Assembly: GCA_964016885.1 (NCBI GenBank)
Contig: OZ024754.1
Span: 31,496,001 to 31,560,000, forward strand
Direction: 5' to 3'
Length of the DNA: 64,000 nucleotides
From: Eledone cirrhosa
Lineage: Eukaryota
Shown here: piece after piece, positions 41,293 to 51,845 of the stretch
Layout of the letters: each line of letters starts with the position of its first letter
How positions within the stretch are numbered: position 1 is the first letter of the stretch
Made by a program: the position numbers and the translations under genes
Notes under the pieces: model-generated
Seen by the model: the letters and a program-made list of their open reading frames with translations, nothing else
Databases searched by the model: none
What the model was told of the DNA's origin: nothing

Positions 41293-44200
41293 ATGACCTC
41301 ACTCAGAATAGGCAGCATAAATGCGCGTGGCTTGGGGTCGTCATGGAAGCAGGGTCACCTGCTCAACGACCTCAGGTCACTAAACATAGATGTAGTGGCC
41401 ATCAGCGAGACCAGAATCTCCGAAGCACGGGCCTTCGCACCGATCTTCGGCGGCTACGATGTGTACGCATCTCCCAGCCGTCCTGGATCGGGTGGAGGAG
41501 TTGCTGTGCTTTTTCGGAGAGGTTTGGATCTCGCCATACGGGCCATCTTCCTGGACCCAGAGGGTAAGCTGGTGGTGCTGGACGTGACCAGCGGAGACGG
41601 GCAAGCTTTCAGGCTAGTGGCCGTCTATGCCCCGACAGGAGCAGGGCGGCCTGATTTCTTCCGGCGTCTGGAGACCTTTCTTGGAACGTCGCGCTCTTTA
41701 GTGTTAGTGGGCGACTGGAACGGGATCTTAGATGCACGCTGGGACTGTGTGGGATTAGCGGATAGGGGTGGAGGGTGCAAGAGCCTCACCAACCTGCTCA
41801 GGCGTTTTGAACTGTCTGACAGGTACCGATTGGATTTCCCGAATGTGCCAATGTGGACTTGGACAAACCGCATAGGGTCATCCAGATCATATCTAGATAG
41901 AGTATTTTGTAGGGAAATAGATAGGTCTAGCATAGGCTGTCCACAATTCAAGATAGTCAGCTACACGGACCACAAATTCGTGATCTGTGTGCTTGACTTA
42001 GATAGGCTTCATAGACGAGGACCCGGCTACTGGAAGCTAAACGCGTCCTTACCAGCGCGCAAGGCCTACAGAGACCGGATTAGCGAACTAGTTAAGCGGG
42101 CGTTGACGGGGGCCATCGTCAACAACAAGTGGTGGTTTGCTCTGAAAAGAGCGATTAGAATAGAATCGATTAGGTTTAGTAAGGCTTTAGCAATAGAGAA
42201 AAATAGAGCAGAGGGAGAACTAGTTAGAAAATTAGACGAGGCGCTTAGCAAAGGCATTGCGACCGACGTGCTTGCGGCGAAATTGGCCCTTGACCAATTC
42301 TTCAATGCAAAGCACGAAGGCTGCGTTGTCAGAGCTAGGGTGCGTGCTCTCAGACACGAGGGGACGAAAGCCGTTCAATGGGCCCGAGTGGCGGAGGCGC
42401 GTCGTGGCAACAAAGCCACGATCCGGTCTTTGGTGGACCACGACGGGCGCATGCTACTCGATCCCGGGCAAATGTGTGAAGCTTTTCAGCGACACTTCGC
42501 TCAGCTGTTCGGGGGCAGCGGGGGGCCGGGTAGAGGGATGGACTTTAGTGTCTACCTCGACGGACTGCCGCGGCTCTCGGCCACTGAGGCGAAGTGTTGC
42601 GAAAAGCCGATAACAGCCGCTGAAGTAAGGGAGGCAATGACTGGCTGCACAAGGGGTAAATCGCCTGGTTTGGATGGTCTGCCCTATGAACTTTACGTAC
42701 AGATGCCAGACTTGTTCGGAGGCCTCTTGGCGGACGTCTACTGCAACTGGCAACAGAACGGGAGAATTCCCAGTTCTGTGAGCCGAGGAGCGGTGGCACT
42801 GCTGAGAAAGGATCCGAACAAGGGGGATAACATAGACAATTTCCGGCCCATAACTCTGCTAAACACAGAGTTTAAGATTTTGGCCAAGGTGCTAGCAAAG
42901 AGGTTGGCGCTTGTCGTTGGTGGTCTGGTGGGAGAGGCGCAGACATGCGCCATTCCCGACAGATCCATCCACGACAACCTCCACCTCATGCGATACATCG
43001 TAGAGAGGGTAGCTAGGGAACCTGGCACGGGTGGGTCCTTGATCAATTTAGATCAGTCGAAAGCTTTCGATAGGGTCGACCATCGTTACCTAGCGGCAGT
43101 CCTGAGGGCGGCTGGCTTTGGGCCCGTCTTCAGAGGCTGGATCGCTGCCATGCACAGCGACATCTGCTCTGTGGTGAGAGTGAACGGTCACCTGTCGGAA
43201 CCGTTCAACATCATGCGCTCGGTCCGCCAAGGATGTCCCCTCTCGTCCCTCTTGTACGTATTGACTCTCGAGCCATTACTGCACAAACTGGAGACGTTGA
43301 GGGGAGTCCCGCGCGAACTAGGATGCGGAAGATCCGTGTCAGCATATGCGGACGATGTCACCGTAGTGGTGTCGAACGCCAAACACATCGAGGCGATCGG
43401 CACTACACTAAGAGAATACGAAGCGGTGACAGGAGCAATGATCAACCAGGAAAAGTCAGTGGGCCTGCAGCTCGGCACCTGGAGAGGCAGGTCCATGCCG
43501 TCCAACAGCGTCGTCGGGCGCTGGACGGACGGACCGGTTAAATTGCTAGGGGTCTGGTTCGGTCCGGACCTCCAGACGGACAAAAACTGGGACGAGGTGA
43601 CGAGCAGGGTGGCTTCTCTCACCCAGAAATGGGCGGAGAGGAAGCTATCCCTGAAAGGTCGAGCGGAGGTGGCTAACGCGTACATCGCGTCTGTCATCTG
43701 CTACCGCCTAACCGTCGTACCTTGTCCTAAGCCTCGCCTGACTGCGCTGGAGCGTTTGCTCTTTCGCTTTTTGTGGAAGGGACGTGCTCCGATGGTCAGG
43801 CGGTCCATCTGTTGTCAACACCCGCTACGTGGAGGGCTGGGCATGCCGTGGCTGATGATGCGCAGGCACGCGCTCAGGCTACGACATCTCCACCTCTTCC
43901 TCGACGGTGATCAGGTGTGGTCGCCGTTTGCTAGACGCGTTTTTCCCCAGCTCGTTTCCTTGACGGAGCTGCAGTCCTGGGTCAAGCGAAGACCGAGAGG
44001 GAGCGCCTGGAGACTGGAATGTCTTCAGGCGCTCACAGCCCTCGACCAATCGGGCAATGTGATCGGTGGAAACTCCACCTCGGCGTTCTATAGAGGATTA
44101 GTGGAGGGGAAGAGCGACGACGTACTTGGGGAAACTCTAGGCGTCGACGAAAATCAACTAGCCAATCTCTTCGGAAGAACTTTCGGGCCAGGGCCTATGG

Positions 44201-44712
44201 ACAACTTCCAGAAATCTCTGGCCTGGCAGTGCTACCGAGGAGCCTTGCCAGTTCGGGATAAACTCTACAGGCATGGAGGTGCCGTCAGCCGGGCATGTCC
44301 GAGATGCGCGCAGGGCGACGAAACCGTCCTGCACGCACTCGTCCAGTGTCCGAAAATTGCTGACTTGTGGGTTTATGTCGAACACCTGCTGTCGCGTTTA
44401 GAACGGATCCAGCTATCATCTGAGTCCATCGTGAGGATTGCCCCGCCCTCCTCCTTTAGCCGGGAAGGGCAGGCAGTTTTTATCTGTCTGGTGGCCATGG
44501 CGAAAGAGATAGTATGGTGGACACGTTTGAAAGGGCTGAAGACGAGCACTTACCTCTTCGGTGATGCTCTGATTGACTTTTTCAAATTTCATTTGAAAAG
44601 GAAAATCAGAGTAGAGAGGGAAGTGCTCTCTTCCCAGCATTTTGTTGAAAGATGGGTGAGAGAAGCAAGAATGGCCCGAGTGAATGGGCCGACTCTGAGT
44701 ATATATCTGTAA
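41293..44712 (+). CDS. LINE ORF2: APE-type endonuclease, reverse transcriptase and C-terminal zinc-binding domain (1139 aa, intact)
   Basis: Endonuclease motifs SINARGL, ISETR, VYAP, GDWN, SYLDR, TDH. RT motifs KSPGLDG, FRPITLLNTEFKILAK, LDQSKAFDRVDH, VRQGCPLS, YADD. C-terminal CPRC..ETVLHALVQC. No stops or frameshifts. Confidence 0.97.
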   Translation: MTSLRIGSINARGLGSSWKQGHLLNDLRSLNIDVVAISETRISEARAFAPIFGGYDVYASPSRPGSGGGVAVLFRRGLDLAIRAIFLDPEGKLVVLDVTSGDGQAFRLVAVYAPTGAGRPDFFRRLETFLGTSRSLVLVGDWNGILDARWDCVGLADRGGGCKSLTNLLRRFELSDRYRLDFPNVPMWTWTNRIGSSRSYLDRVFCREIDRSSIGCPQFKIVSYTDHKFVICVLDLDRLHRRGPGYWKLNASLPARKAYRDRISELVKRALTGAIVNNKWWFALKRAIRIESIRFSKALAIEKNRAEGELVRKLDEALSKGIATDVLAAKLALDQFFNAKHEGCVVRARVRALRHEGTKAVQWARVAEARRGNKATIRSLVDHDGRMLLDPGQMCEAFQRHFAQLFGGSGGPGRGMDFSVYLDGLPRLSATEAKCCEKPITAAEVREAMTGCTRGKSPGLDGLPYELYVQMPDLFGGLLADVYCNWQQNGRIPSSVSRGAVALLRKDPNKGDNIDNFRPITLLNTEFKILAKVLAKRLALVVGGLVGEAQTCAIPDRSIHDNLHLMRYIVERVAREPGTGGSLINLDQSKAFDRVDHRYLAAVLRAAGFGPVFRGWIAAMHSDICSVVRVNGHLSEPFNIMRSVRQGCPLSSLLYVLTLEPLLHKLETLRGVPRELGCGRSVSAYADDVTVVVSNAKHIEAIGTTLREYEAVTGAMINQEKSVGLQLGTWRGRSMPSNSVVGRWTDGPVKLLGVWFGPDLQTDKNWDEVTSRVASLTQKWAERKLSLKGRAEVANAYIASVICYRLTVVPCPKPRLTALERLLFRFLWKGRAPMVRRSICCQHPLRGGLGMPWLMMRRHALRLRHLHLFLDGDQVWSPFARRVFPQLVSLTELQSWVKRRPRGSAWRLECLQALTALDQSGNVIGGNSTSAFYRGLVEGKSDDVLGETLGVDENQLANLFGRTFGPGPMDNFQKSLAWQCYRGALPVRDKLYRHGGAVSRACPRCAQGDETVLHALVQCPKIADLWVYVEHLLSRLERIQLSSESIVRIAPPSSFSREGQAVFICLVAMAKEIVWWTRLKGLKTSTYLFGDALIDFFKFHLKRKIRVEREVLSSQHFVERWVREARMARVNGPTLSIYL

Positions 44713-44972
44713 ACTAAAGGTGGAAAACTGGGAGAGGGCACTTGCCTTGGTGGTCAGGGTCATTGTGGCTTTTTACTGGGCTTTCTCCACAAATGTCCCT
44801 CCGAAGTCTCCCCCCTATTGGGGAATTTTTCATTGTTATTTTCATTGTTATTTTTGTTACATCCTCTGTTTTTGTTTTTTTACACGCAGAAATGCCCATT
44901 TGTACCGTCCTGCATTGTCCTGCACTGTCCTTAATGTCTACTTTATGTAAACCCTTGTGGTTAATAAAGAAA

Positions 44973-45024
<52 letters not shown>

Positions 45025-45518
45025 GCAGTCATGGTCAAAAGTTTCAGACGACCTAGCAAAGATTTTAAGTTTCTCAATTATTTCCCCGGGTATTGTCTCG
45101 TCTACTCTATTCTTTGAAAAATAATTGCAATAGTTTCAATCTATTGAATCGTCACCACCATCTTCATCACCACCACCATCACCACCATCATCATCAGTTA
45201 AATATTTGTAGCACAGTTCTTTGCCAATTAAAAGGCTGTGTGTTTGCTTCTAATTATTGTTCTTATCAAGTGTGTATACTTCAAAATCCCTACTGACGTA
45301 GAGAGAGACCAAAATAGCAGCTCTATAGGCCATAAGTTACTCAGACCATGATATTTCTGTTGAAGTGGGTTGTAGCAAGACAATAGTCCATAATGCTATT
45401 CACAGACATCATATCTGTGGCTCATCTTCTGACAAGATGAGAAGTAGTTGCACCTCTACAGATAACTGTATCATCAAAAACATCGCGTCATGCTCAGCTA
45501 GAAATTCATGCAAAAACA

Positions 45519-46410
45519 ACTAGAGCTGCGCTGTTTGTAAGAGGTAGAGAGGTATGTCGTAAGACTATCATACCAGTTGGTTCATGAATTTGGGGGTAAA
45601 ACTAGAGCTACATTGCTTTCTAAGAGGTAGAGAGGTGAGTCGTAAGACTATCATACCAGTTGGTTCATGAATTTGGGGGTAAAACTAGAGCTACATTGCT
45701 TCTAAGAGGTAGAGAGGTGAGTCGTAAGACTATCATACCAGTTGGTTCATGAATTTGGGGGTAAAACTAGAGCTACATTGCTTTCTAAGAGGTAGAGAGG
45801 TGAGTCGTAAGACTATCATACCAGTTGGTTCATGAATTTGGGGGTAAAACTAGAGCTGCATTGCTTCTAAGAGGTAGAGAGGTGAGTCGTAAGACTATCA
45901 TACCAGTTGGTTCATGAATTTGGGGGTAAAACTAGAGCTACATTGCTTCTAAGAGGTAGAGAGGTGAGTCGTAAGACTATCATACCAGTTGGTTCATGAA
46001 TTTGGGGGTAAAACTAGAGCTGCATTGCTTCTAAGAGGTAGAGGGGTGAGTCGTAAGACTATCATACCAGTTGGTTCATGAATTTGGGGGTAAAACTAGA
46101 GCTACATTGCTTCTAAGAGGTAGAAAGATGAGTCGTAAGACTATCATACCAGTTGGTTCATGAATTTGAGGGTAAAACTAGAGCTACATTGCTTCTAAGA
46201 GGTAAGAGGTGAGTCGTAAGTTGGTTCATGAATTTGGGGGTAAAACTAGAGCTACATTGCTTCTAAGAGGTAGAAAGATGAGTCGTAAGACTATCATACC
46301 AGTTGGTTCGTGAATTTGGACTAAAACAACTAGAGCTGCGCTGTTTCTAAGAGGTAGAGAGGTGAGTCGTAAGACTGTATCATATCAGTTGGTTCATGAA
46401 TTTCGACTAA
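45519..46410. repeat. About 81-bp tandem repeat, about 11 copies
   Basis: Unit ACTAGAGCTACATTGCTTCTAAGAGGTAGAGAGGTGAGTCGTAAGACTATCATACCAGTTGGTTCATGAATTTGGGGGTAAA. Confidence 0.95.
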
Positions 46411-46629
46411 AATCTTGCAAACCTACCTACCACAAGCCAAGATTGACATTGGATACGAAAAAAAAAAGCACCTGATATTCGAAAAATAACATGAGCATTG
46501 GACTGAAGAGCAATGGGACCCAGTTGTGTTTAGCTATAAATCAACAGTGCAGCAGTTTGTAGTACATTAGTATAATGTCAGAAGACATCGTGGGAAAAAA
46601 GGAAAAGATATTTTGAGAAATATACTGTA

Positions 46630-46886
46630 GAGTTCTCTGAATAGAGAATGGTTAGTGTCGCAGAAAAGAACCGCTGGACAAATTTTACAGGCAAAACCAA
46701 CCGGCAAGAGACCCAGGGGTAGACCCCGAACAAGGTGGTTGGATAACATCCATGAGCTTGGCTGGTCACGTTTGGGGATCCAACCGGATCAGTTGGAAAC
46801 GGTTGCTTCTGACAGGACCTGCTGGACGGAGCGTTTGAGGACTGTATCCCTATGACCCTCTCGGGAATAAGTGGGCGAAGAAGAAG
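46630..46886 (+). mobile_element. RTE-clade LINE 3' fragment
   Basis: Encodes ILQAKPTGKRPRGRPRTRWLDNI..VASDR..W, the typical RTE C-terminus, followed by a short GAA tail. Homologous fragments at 32195-32345 (-) and 51955-52110 (+). Confidence 0.8.
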
Positions 46887-47484
46887 ATACCGCAGAGAAA
46901 ATGAAACACATAGTCAGATGACCTGGGGCGACTTTTACCCTAGGACAACTATGAATGTATAAAAGTACCTGGAACTGCTGAAAGACAAACTGGAGATACA
47001 CATACATGGATACATCATATTTATACATGATGATGTTCCATGCAGTAGCGTGCAGGGACAGTGCGTTGGACTCGGGCCTCCTTTGGATGGGGGGGCATCA
47101 TTTGGGGTAGAAGAACTTAATAAATTTGATTGATTTATATCAAAATTGAATAAAGCATTTATTTCATGTTTCATCTGTGTTTATATATTCAAAATGTTTT
47201 CCTTTCTCATAATATTTCTCAGTATATTAGACCATATACTTGAGTCTTTAGGGCATACAATCAAGATTTTCCCCGGGCATCACCAGAGCTCTGCACGCCG
47301 CTGGATCCGTGCTGCAAAGGCTGGGTTATAGTCACAACACTAGGGTGGCCTGGAAATATCCCTTTCATTTTATAAGAAGTTGCCTTGATTTTTGTTAAAA
47401 ATTGTAGGCTGATCTTAAATTGTTGGCCTCCACTGTACTAATCTATCAACCTCACGAAAGAATGAAAAACAAAGTTGTCGGGTT

Positions 47485-47715
47485 AGGGTCCCCACAGTCA
47501 CATGCTGGACCGACTTTCATTTTACATTGCTGGAGATGATGGGCTGTCTTGGCATGTGTTGTGCGGATCCGATTAAGCGACACTCATTGCTTTCTGAGGA
47601 GGTCAAAGCCGGCTGGTTTAGATGTAGGGTCCTGGACCAGGTCTTGGTTGGCAAATTATTTGAACTCATTCCATGATCTTTGCCACTCTTCCTTCAGATG
47701 AAAACGTTATTGTCC
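47485..47715 (-). mobile_element. Degenerate LINE ORF2 C-terminal fragment (RTEX/I-like)
   Basis: Minus-strand translation ..WQRSWN..DPTSKPAGFDLLRKQ*VSLNRIRTTHAKTAHHL..GPACDCG. Confidence 0.6.
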
Positions 47716-48283
47716 TGAGAGGACACAGTGCGTTGCCGAGAGAGGAAATCACGACCTTACGCTCGGTGGAGAACTGTACGTGGTAACAGGAAAGCCACAC
47801 ACCTCCCAGCTCAGTTTAGAAAAGTATTGTTACTTAAGTTGTACTTTAAAGTATTTTGCAGTTACATCTAAAGTACGTATGATCGTGTCAGTTCGGATGT
47901 TTGAAGTGGAAGAGGGAGAAGGAGAACTTTCATTATTAATACCACCACCTGTGCGTGCACGTGTGTATGTATGTATGTGTGTGTGTGTGGATTTGTGTAC
48001 ATATGCATATATATATATATATATATTGTATGTATGTGTGCGTGTATGCACGTGTGTTTGAAAAGAGAGAGAGAAAGAAAGAAAGTTAGTTACGTTTTAA
48101 GTTATGTCTTTATCAATGGCCGTCTCACATTTCTGAAGGACTTTTTAAAAACATTTTAACAATGTTGCAGATATACATACATATAGTAGTGTGATGGTGG
48201 TGGTGGTGGTATTTGTTGTGGTAGTGCTGGTAGCGGTGGTGAGTGATTCTGATATAAGTACATATATAGAGAGATATAGAGAT

Positions 48284-48319
48284 ATATAACGAAGAAAGTG
48301 TGGTAAGGAACCAGGTGGA

Positions 48320-48352
<33 letters not shown>

Positions 48353-48557
48353 AACGAGTAGGACCCCGACGGCTGAGCTCAAGCCGTTTCGACGGCTAAT
48401 TCTGGACTGAATTCTCGTCCAGAATTAGTCGTCGAAACGGCTCTAGCTCAGCCGTCGGGGTCCTACTCGTTCCTATTACCCACTCTACTACCCTAAGTAT
48501 TGAGTACTTTGGTGCGTTATGGTCCACCTGGTTCCTTACCACATTTCCTCCGTTATA
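48284..48557. repeat. Fold-back element with the 3' half of a hammerhead
   Basis: Inner arms about 48348-48408 / 48417-48477 and outer arms about 48284-48323 / 48518-48557. Related to 18178-18275. Confidence 0.72.
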
Positions 48558-49036
48558 TATATATATATATATATATATTTCATTTCCCACTCTTAGTACG
48601 GCTGTTACTTAAATATAAGTATGTACACGTACATAAATATATGTATACAATATAATTTCGTTTCATTTTTTCCGTTTATCGTTTTCGGTGCACCCGGCCG
48701 ATTAACCCACTCGATATGCAAATTGGGCTACTCAGCCGTTAATATGCATAAGGTAAGTAAGTATATACGTTCAACAATCTGGCAGGAAGGTATAAGTTGC
48801 TGGCGATAGCTAATAAGCTTGAAACTAGTACAGCGTTCCTTTGTCAGTGTTGAACAAACGAGCAACGATGGTTGCTAGACACTACGGCTTAATACGGGAT
48901 GTTTGTTTACAAACACACCGATTATTATAATAAATGTTCGGTGAATCCATACGTACATATATATATATGTCTGCATGTATGTATGTATATATATATATAC
49001 ATACTACTGTACGTCTGTATACATATATGTATCTAC

Positions 49037-49079
<43 letters not shown>

Positions 49080-49198
49080 AGGTGAGTTTTATTGTAGCAC
49101 AATAAAGCAAAGCAAATATCGGATAAGTAGCACTCCACAGTTTGTAGGGCTGGAGTATAAATAATATAAGATCAAAAGATGGTTAAAAGAGTTCCAAG

Positions 49199-49269
49199 TA
49201 TTTTATTATGCGCATTTCAAAAACAAATATCATCATGGGATGATATCTGCGTTCTCATCAGATAAAATA
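49199..49269 (-). ncRNA. Type I hammerhead ribozyme, inverted-arm copy of 49371-49441
   Basis: Reverse complement of the + strand ribozyme with one A/G difference in stem II. Confidence 0.8.
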
Positions 49270-49370
49270 GGGAGACATGATATGAAGCTTAAAAAACACT
49301 TGTGAGCAGTGAAGTTGATTTAAAAATTCACTGCTCACAAGTGTTTTTTAAGCTTCATATCATGTCTCCC

Positions 49371-49441
49371 TATTTTATCTGATGAGAACGCAGATATCGT
49401 CCCATGATGATATTTGTTTTTGAAATGCGCATAATAAAATA
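49371..49441 (+). ncRNA. Type I hammerhead ribozyme with minimal palindromic stem III, family B
   Basis: Stem I TATTTTAT/ATAAAATA (8 bp), core CTGATGA (49379-85), long stem II GAA-C-GCAGATATCGTC/GATGATATTTGT-T-TTT, GAAA (49422-25), palindromic ATGCGCAT stem III, AUA cleavage triplet (cut after 49433). Confidence 0.85.
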
Positions 49442-49469
49442 ATTGGAACTCTTTTAACCATCTTTTGAT

Positions 49470-49523
<54 letters not shown>

Positions 49524-49894
49524 ATTCAAATCAACAAACAGCGAAAGACGCGTTCCGGATTGTCCGACAGACAACCTTTTCCCCCACCCCGGAAAAAAAA
49601 AACCCAGTTGATGGATGTGAATCCGAAATATATAGGGACTATTAAATCTCTCCCAAGGTAACTCTCTCTTGTGTTGTTATTCTTATTTTTATCCTTTATA
49701 CTCTTCCCTTCATTCTACACATCTCACACATCTTATACACACCACGCATCTCAACGTACACCCACTTACATCTCTCTCTCCACCACCGGACCTTGTTACC
49801 CGGAGATTTACCCACTTGCATTGTCGAGGCTTCCAAACGACTTAAAGATATTTACTTATTGTTCCACAATGCTTCAAGCAAACTTCAATACTCT

Positions 49895-49961
<67 letters not shown>

Positions 49962-49967
<6 letters not shown>

Positions 49968-50500
49968 GATATTAACAAATGGAAACTATATTTATAAAAC
50001 CATATCTATTTTATTATACATATTTCAAGGATACCATGTTAAATTATGGTATGCTTTCATCAGACAAAATACAATATATACCAGTTTTATAAATAAATAT
50101 TGACATACCCTTTCAAAATGCAACCGTTACTTTTGGAAGACATCAGGGATAGTGGATTTGTTTACTTATATTAGTAAGTCGTTGTGTATATAAGTAAACA
50201 AATAAGTAATATAAGTAAACAAATCCACTATCCCTGATGTCTTCCAAAAGTAACGGTTGCATTTTGAAAGGGTATGTCAATATTTATTTATAAAACTGGT
50301 ATATATTGTATTTTGTCTGATGAAAGCATACCATAATTTAACATGGTATCCTTGAAATATGTATAATAAAATAGATATGGTTTTATAAATATAGTTTCCA
50401 TTTGTTAATATCGTATATTTACTCCAAATACTTGTCGACTGCTTTATATCAGTTATAAAAATATTTGCTTGGTGTATCCCAACAATTTAAATAGAACTTT

Positions 50501-50503
<3 letters not shown>
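49962..50503 (+). mobile_element. Fold-back hammerhead-bearing element, family A
   Basis: Inverted arms about 49962-50173 / 50207-50418 (about 210 bp, near-perfect), tail 50419-50503, (TA)n on both sides. Confidence 0.82.
50309..50373 (+). ncRNA. Type I hammerhead ribozyme, family A
   Basis: TATTTTGT-CTGATGA-AAG C ATACCAT..ATGGTAT C CTT-GAAA-TATGTA-TA-ATAAAATA. An antisense copy lies in the left arm at about 50007-50071. Confidence 0.78.
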
Positions 50504-50543
<40 letters not shown>

Positions 50544-51637
50544 GACTGTGTGTCTCTGACTGTGTATATGTGACTGTTTATGGGAGGGGGCTAGAGAGAT
50601 AGATGGGTGCAGCTTGCCTCTGTCCATCATGTAATTAGTTAACAACCAGAGATGTTACCACCACCACAAGCCGACGACATAGAGGGTCTTTTTGTGTGGT
50701 CACTGGACACCTGCTAGAAATAACAGCCAAATAATCCCCCAAACAACACTTCTACCGGCTTAACAAAAATATCTACAACTTTTATAGCAAGTGCTGTAAA
50801 TGGATCCTCCGTTGGTTTCGACGATGAGTATTCCAGTTGTTCGATTTGGACAGGTACTTTATTTATCGATCTCGAAAGAGTGAAATGCAAAGTCGACTTT
50901 GGTAGGATTTGAACTCCCGATTTGAATATCGAGGCATTTTACCCTGACGCTATAATTTCACCGCCTTACCATCTTAACACACACGATTTTAGTATGACAA
51001 AGACTTTGAACCTAGACCACCTGAAGAAGTCGTCATGGTCCAATGGTACATTGATAGAGCAGCTGTTGTGAATCACTGTTCTAGATACACAAGTGGGGTG
51101 CGGTGAAGGGCAGCCCTAGATACACAAATGGGGTGCGGTGGAGGCAGCCCGAGATATACAGGTGGAGTGCGGCGGAGGGTAGCAAGATTCTGATAAGACC
51201 ATAGTTCGTCACTCTCTATGATATCTATGCTAAAACAGACAGAGGGCGGCGGGGAAACTATTTCTAAACTTGACAGGTCATATTCTGGTTTAACCCTTTT
51301 TGTAACAAACCGCCCTGGTTCTACGATACAAAACTATATGTTTTAAATTTATATTTATCTTAGTTTATATTTATCTAAAAACTTTCTATCGTAATTTCAT
51401 GTAAAATTCTATAAGTTGCGTTCTTTACACCAGCTTAATCATGAGAAACTTACATATATTACTAAATCCTTCTAAATTCTCGATTATTCTCAAAATTATT
51501 TGAAAATCATAAACAATGATATTAAAGTGTGCAGTGGTGTTTTTAGCCCTTTCGATATCAATCGGCTTGAAATTGTCCCTGGTGCTACGATAAATAAAAA
51601 AAAAACTTTAAGGGCTGAAATACTTGTATGAGGGGTG

Positions 51638-51845
51638 TATCTTCTCTGAAGACCTTCTGCTGTCCAGTTCTTCTGACAGTTTCTTCTCTGAAGACCTTCT
51701 GCTGTCCAGCTCCCCTCAGAGTTTCTTCTCTGAAGACCTTCCGCCGTCCAGCTCCCCTGGAAGTTTCTTCTCTGAAGACCTTCTGCTGTCCAGCTCCCCT
51801 GGGAGTTTCTTCTCTGAAGACCTTCCGCCGTCCAGCTCCCCTGAG
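51638..51845. repeat. 42-bp tandem repeat x5
   Basis: GTTTCTTCTCTGAAGACCTTCTGCTGTCCAGCTCCCCTNNNA. Confidence 0.9.

Larger units (their letters stand above)
38946..45024 (+). mobile_element. Full-length non-LTR retrotransposon (LINE, L1/Tx1 clade): 5' UTR, ORF1, ORF2, 3' UTR with AATAAA (44963-44968) and (TTA)n end
   Basis: Two long same-strand ORFs with LINE domains, GC-rich relative to the flanks. It starts right after a (TTA)n run ending at 38945 and ends in (TTA)n at 44975-45024. The 5' boundary is approximate. Confidence 0.93.
45026..47437 (+). mobile_element. Decayed Tc1/mariner DNA transposon, interrupted by a satellite and an RTE fragment
   Basis: Left end CAGTCATGGTCAAAAGTTT, degenerate right end ..TGTTGGCCTCCACTG-TA. 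Remnant peptides KIAAL..ISVEVGCSKTIVHNAI (HTH), KPRLT, HEHWTEEQWDPVVFS and KYLELLKDKL..FIHDDVP (DDE region), with stops and frameshifts. Confidence 0.75.
49078..49476 (-). mobile_element. Fold-back hammerhead-bearing element, family B
   Basis: Arms 49164-49313 / 49327-49476 (150 bp, 13-nt spacer), tail 49078-49163, (TA)n on both sides. A solo copy of the tail is at 55339-55403. Confidence 0.82.

Noticed and set aside
39270-44763. Many overlapping alternative-frame and antisense ORFs inside the LINE
   Set aside because: Expected shadows of GC-rich coding sequence, with no recognisable domains.
49962-50418. Fold-backs as classical MITEs or pre-miRNAs
   Set aside because: The centre differs between copies, the tail is asymmetric and the arms are far longer than pre-miRNA stems. 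This fits inverted retro-insertion better.
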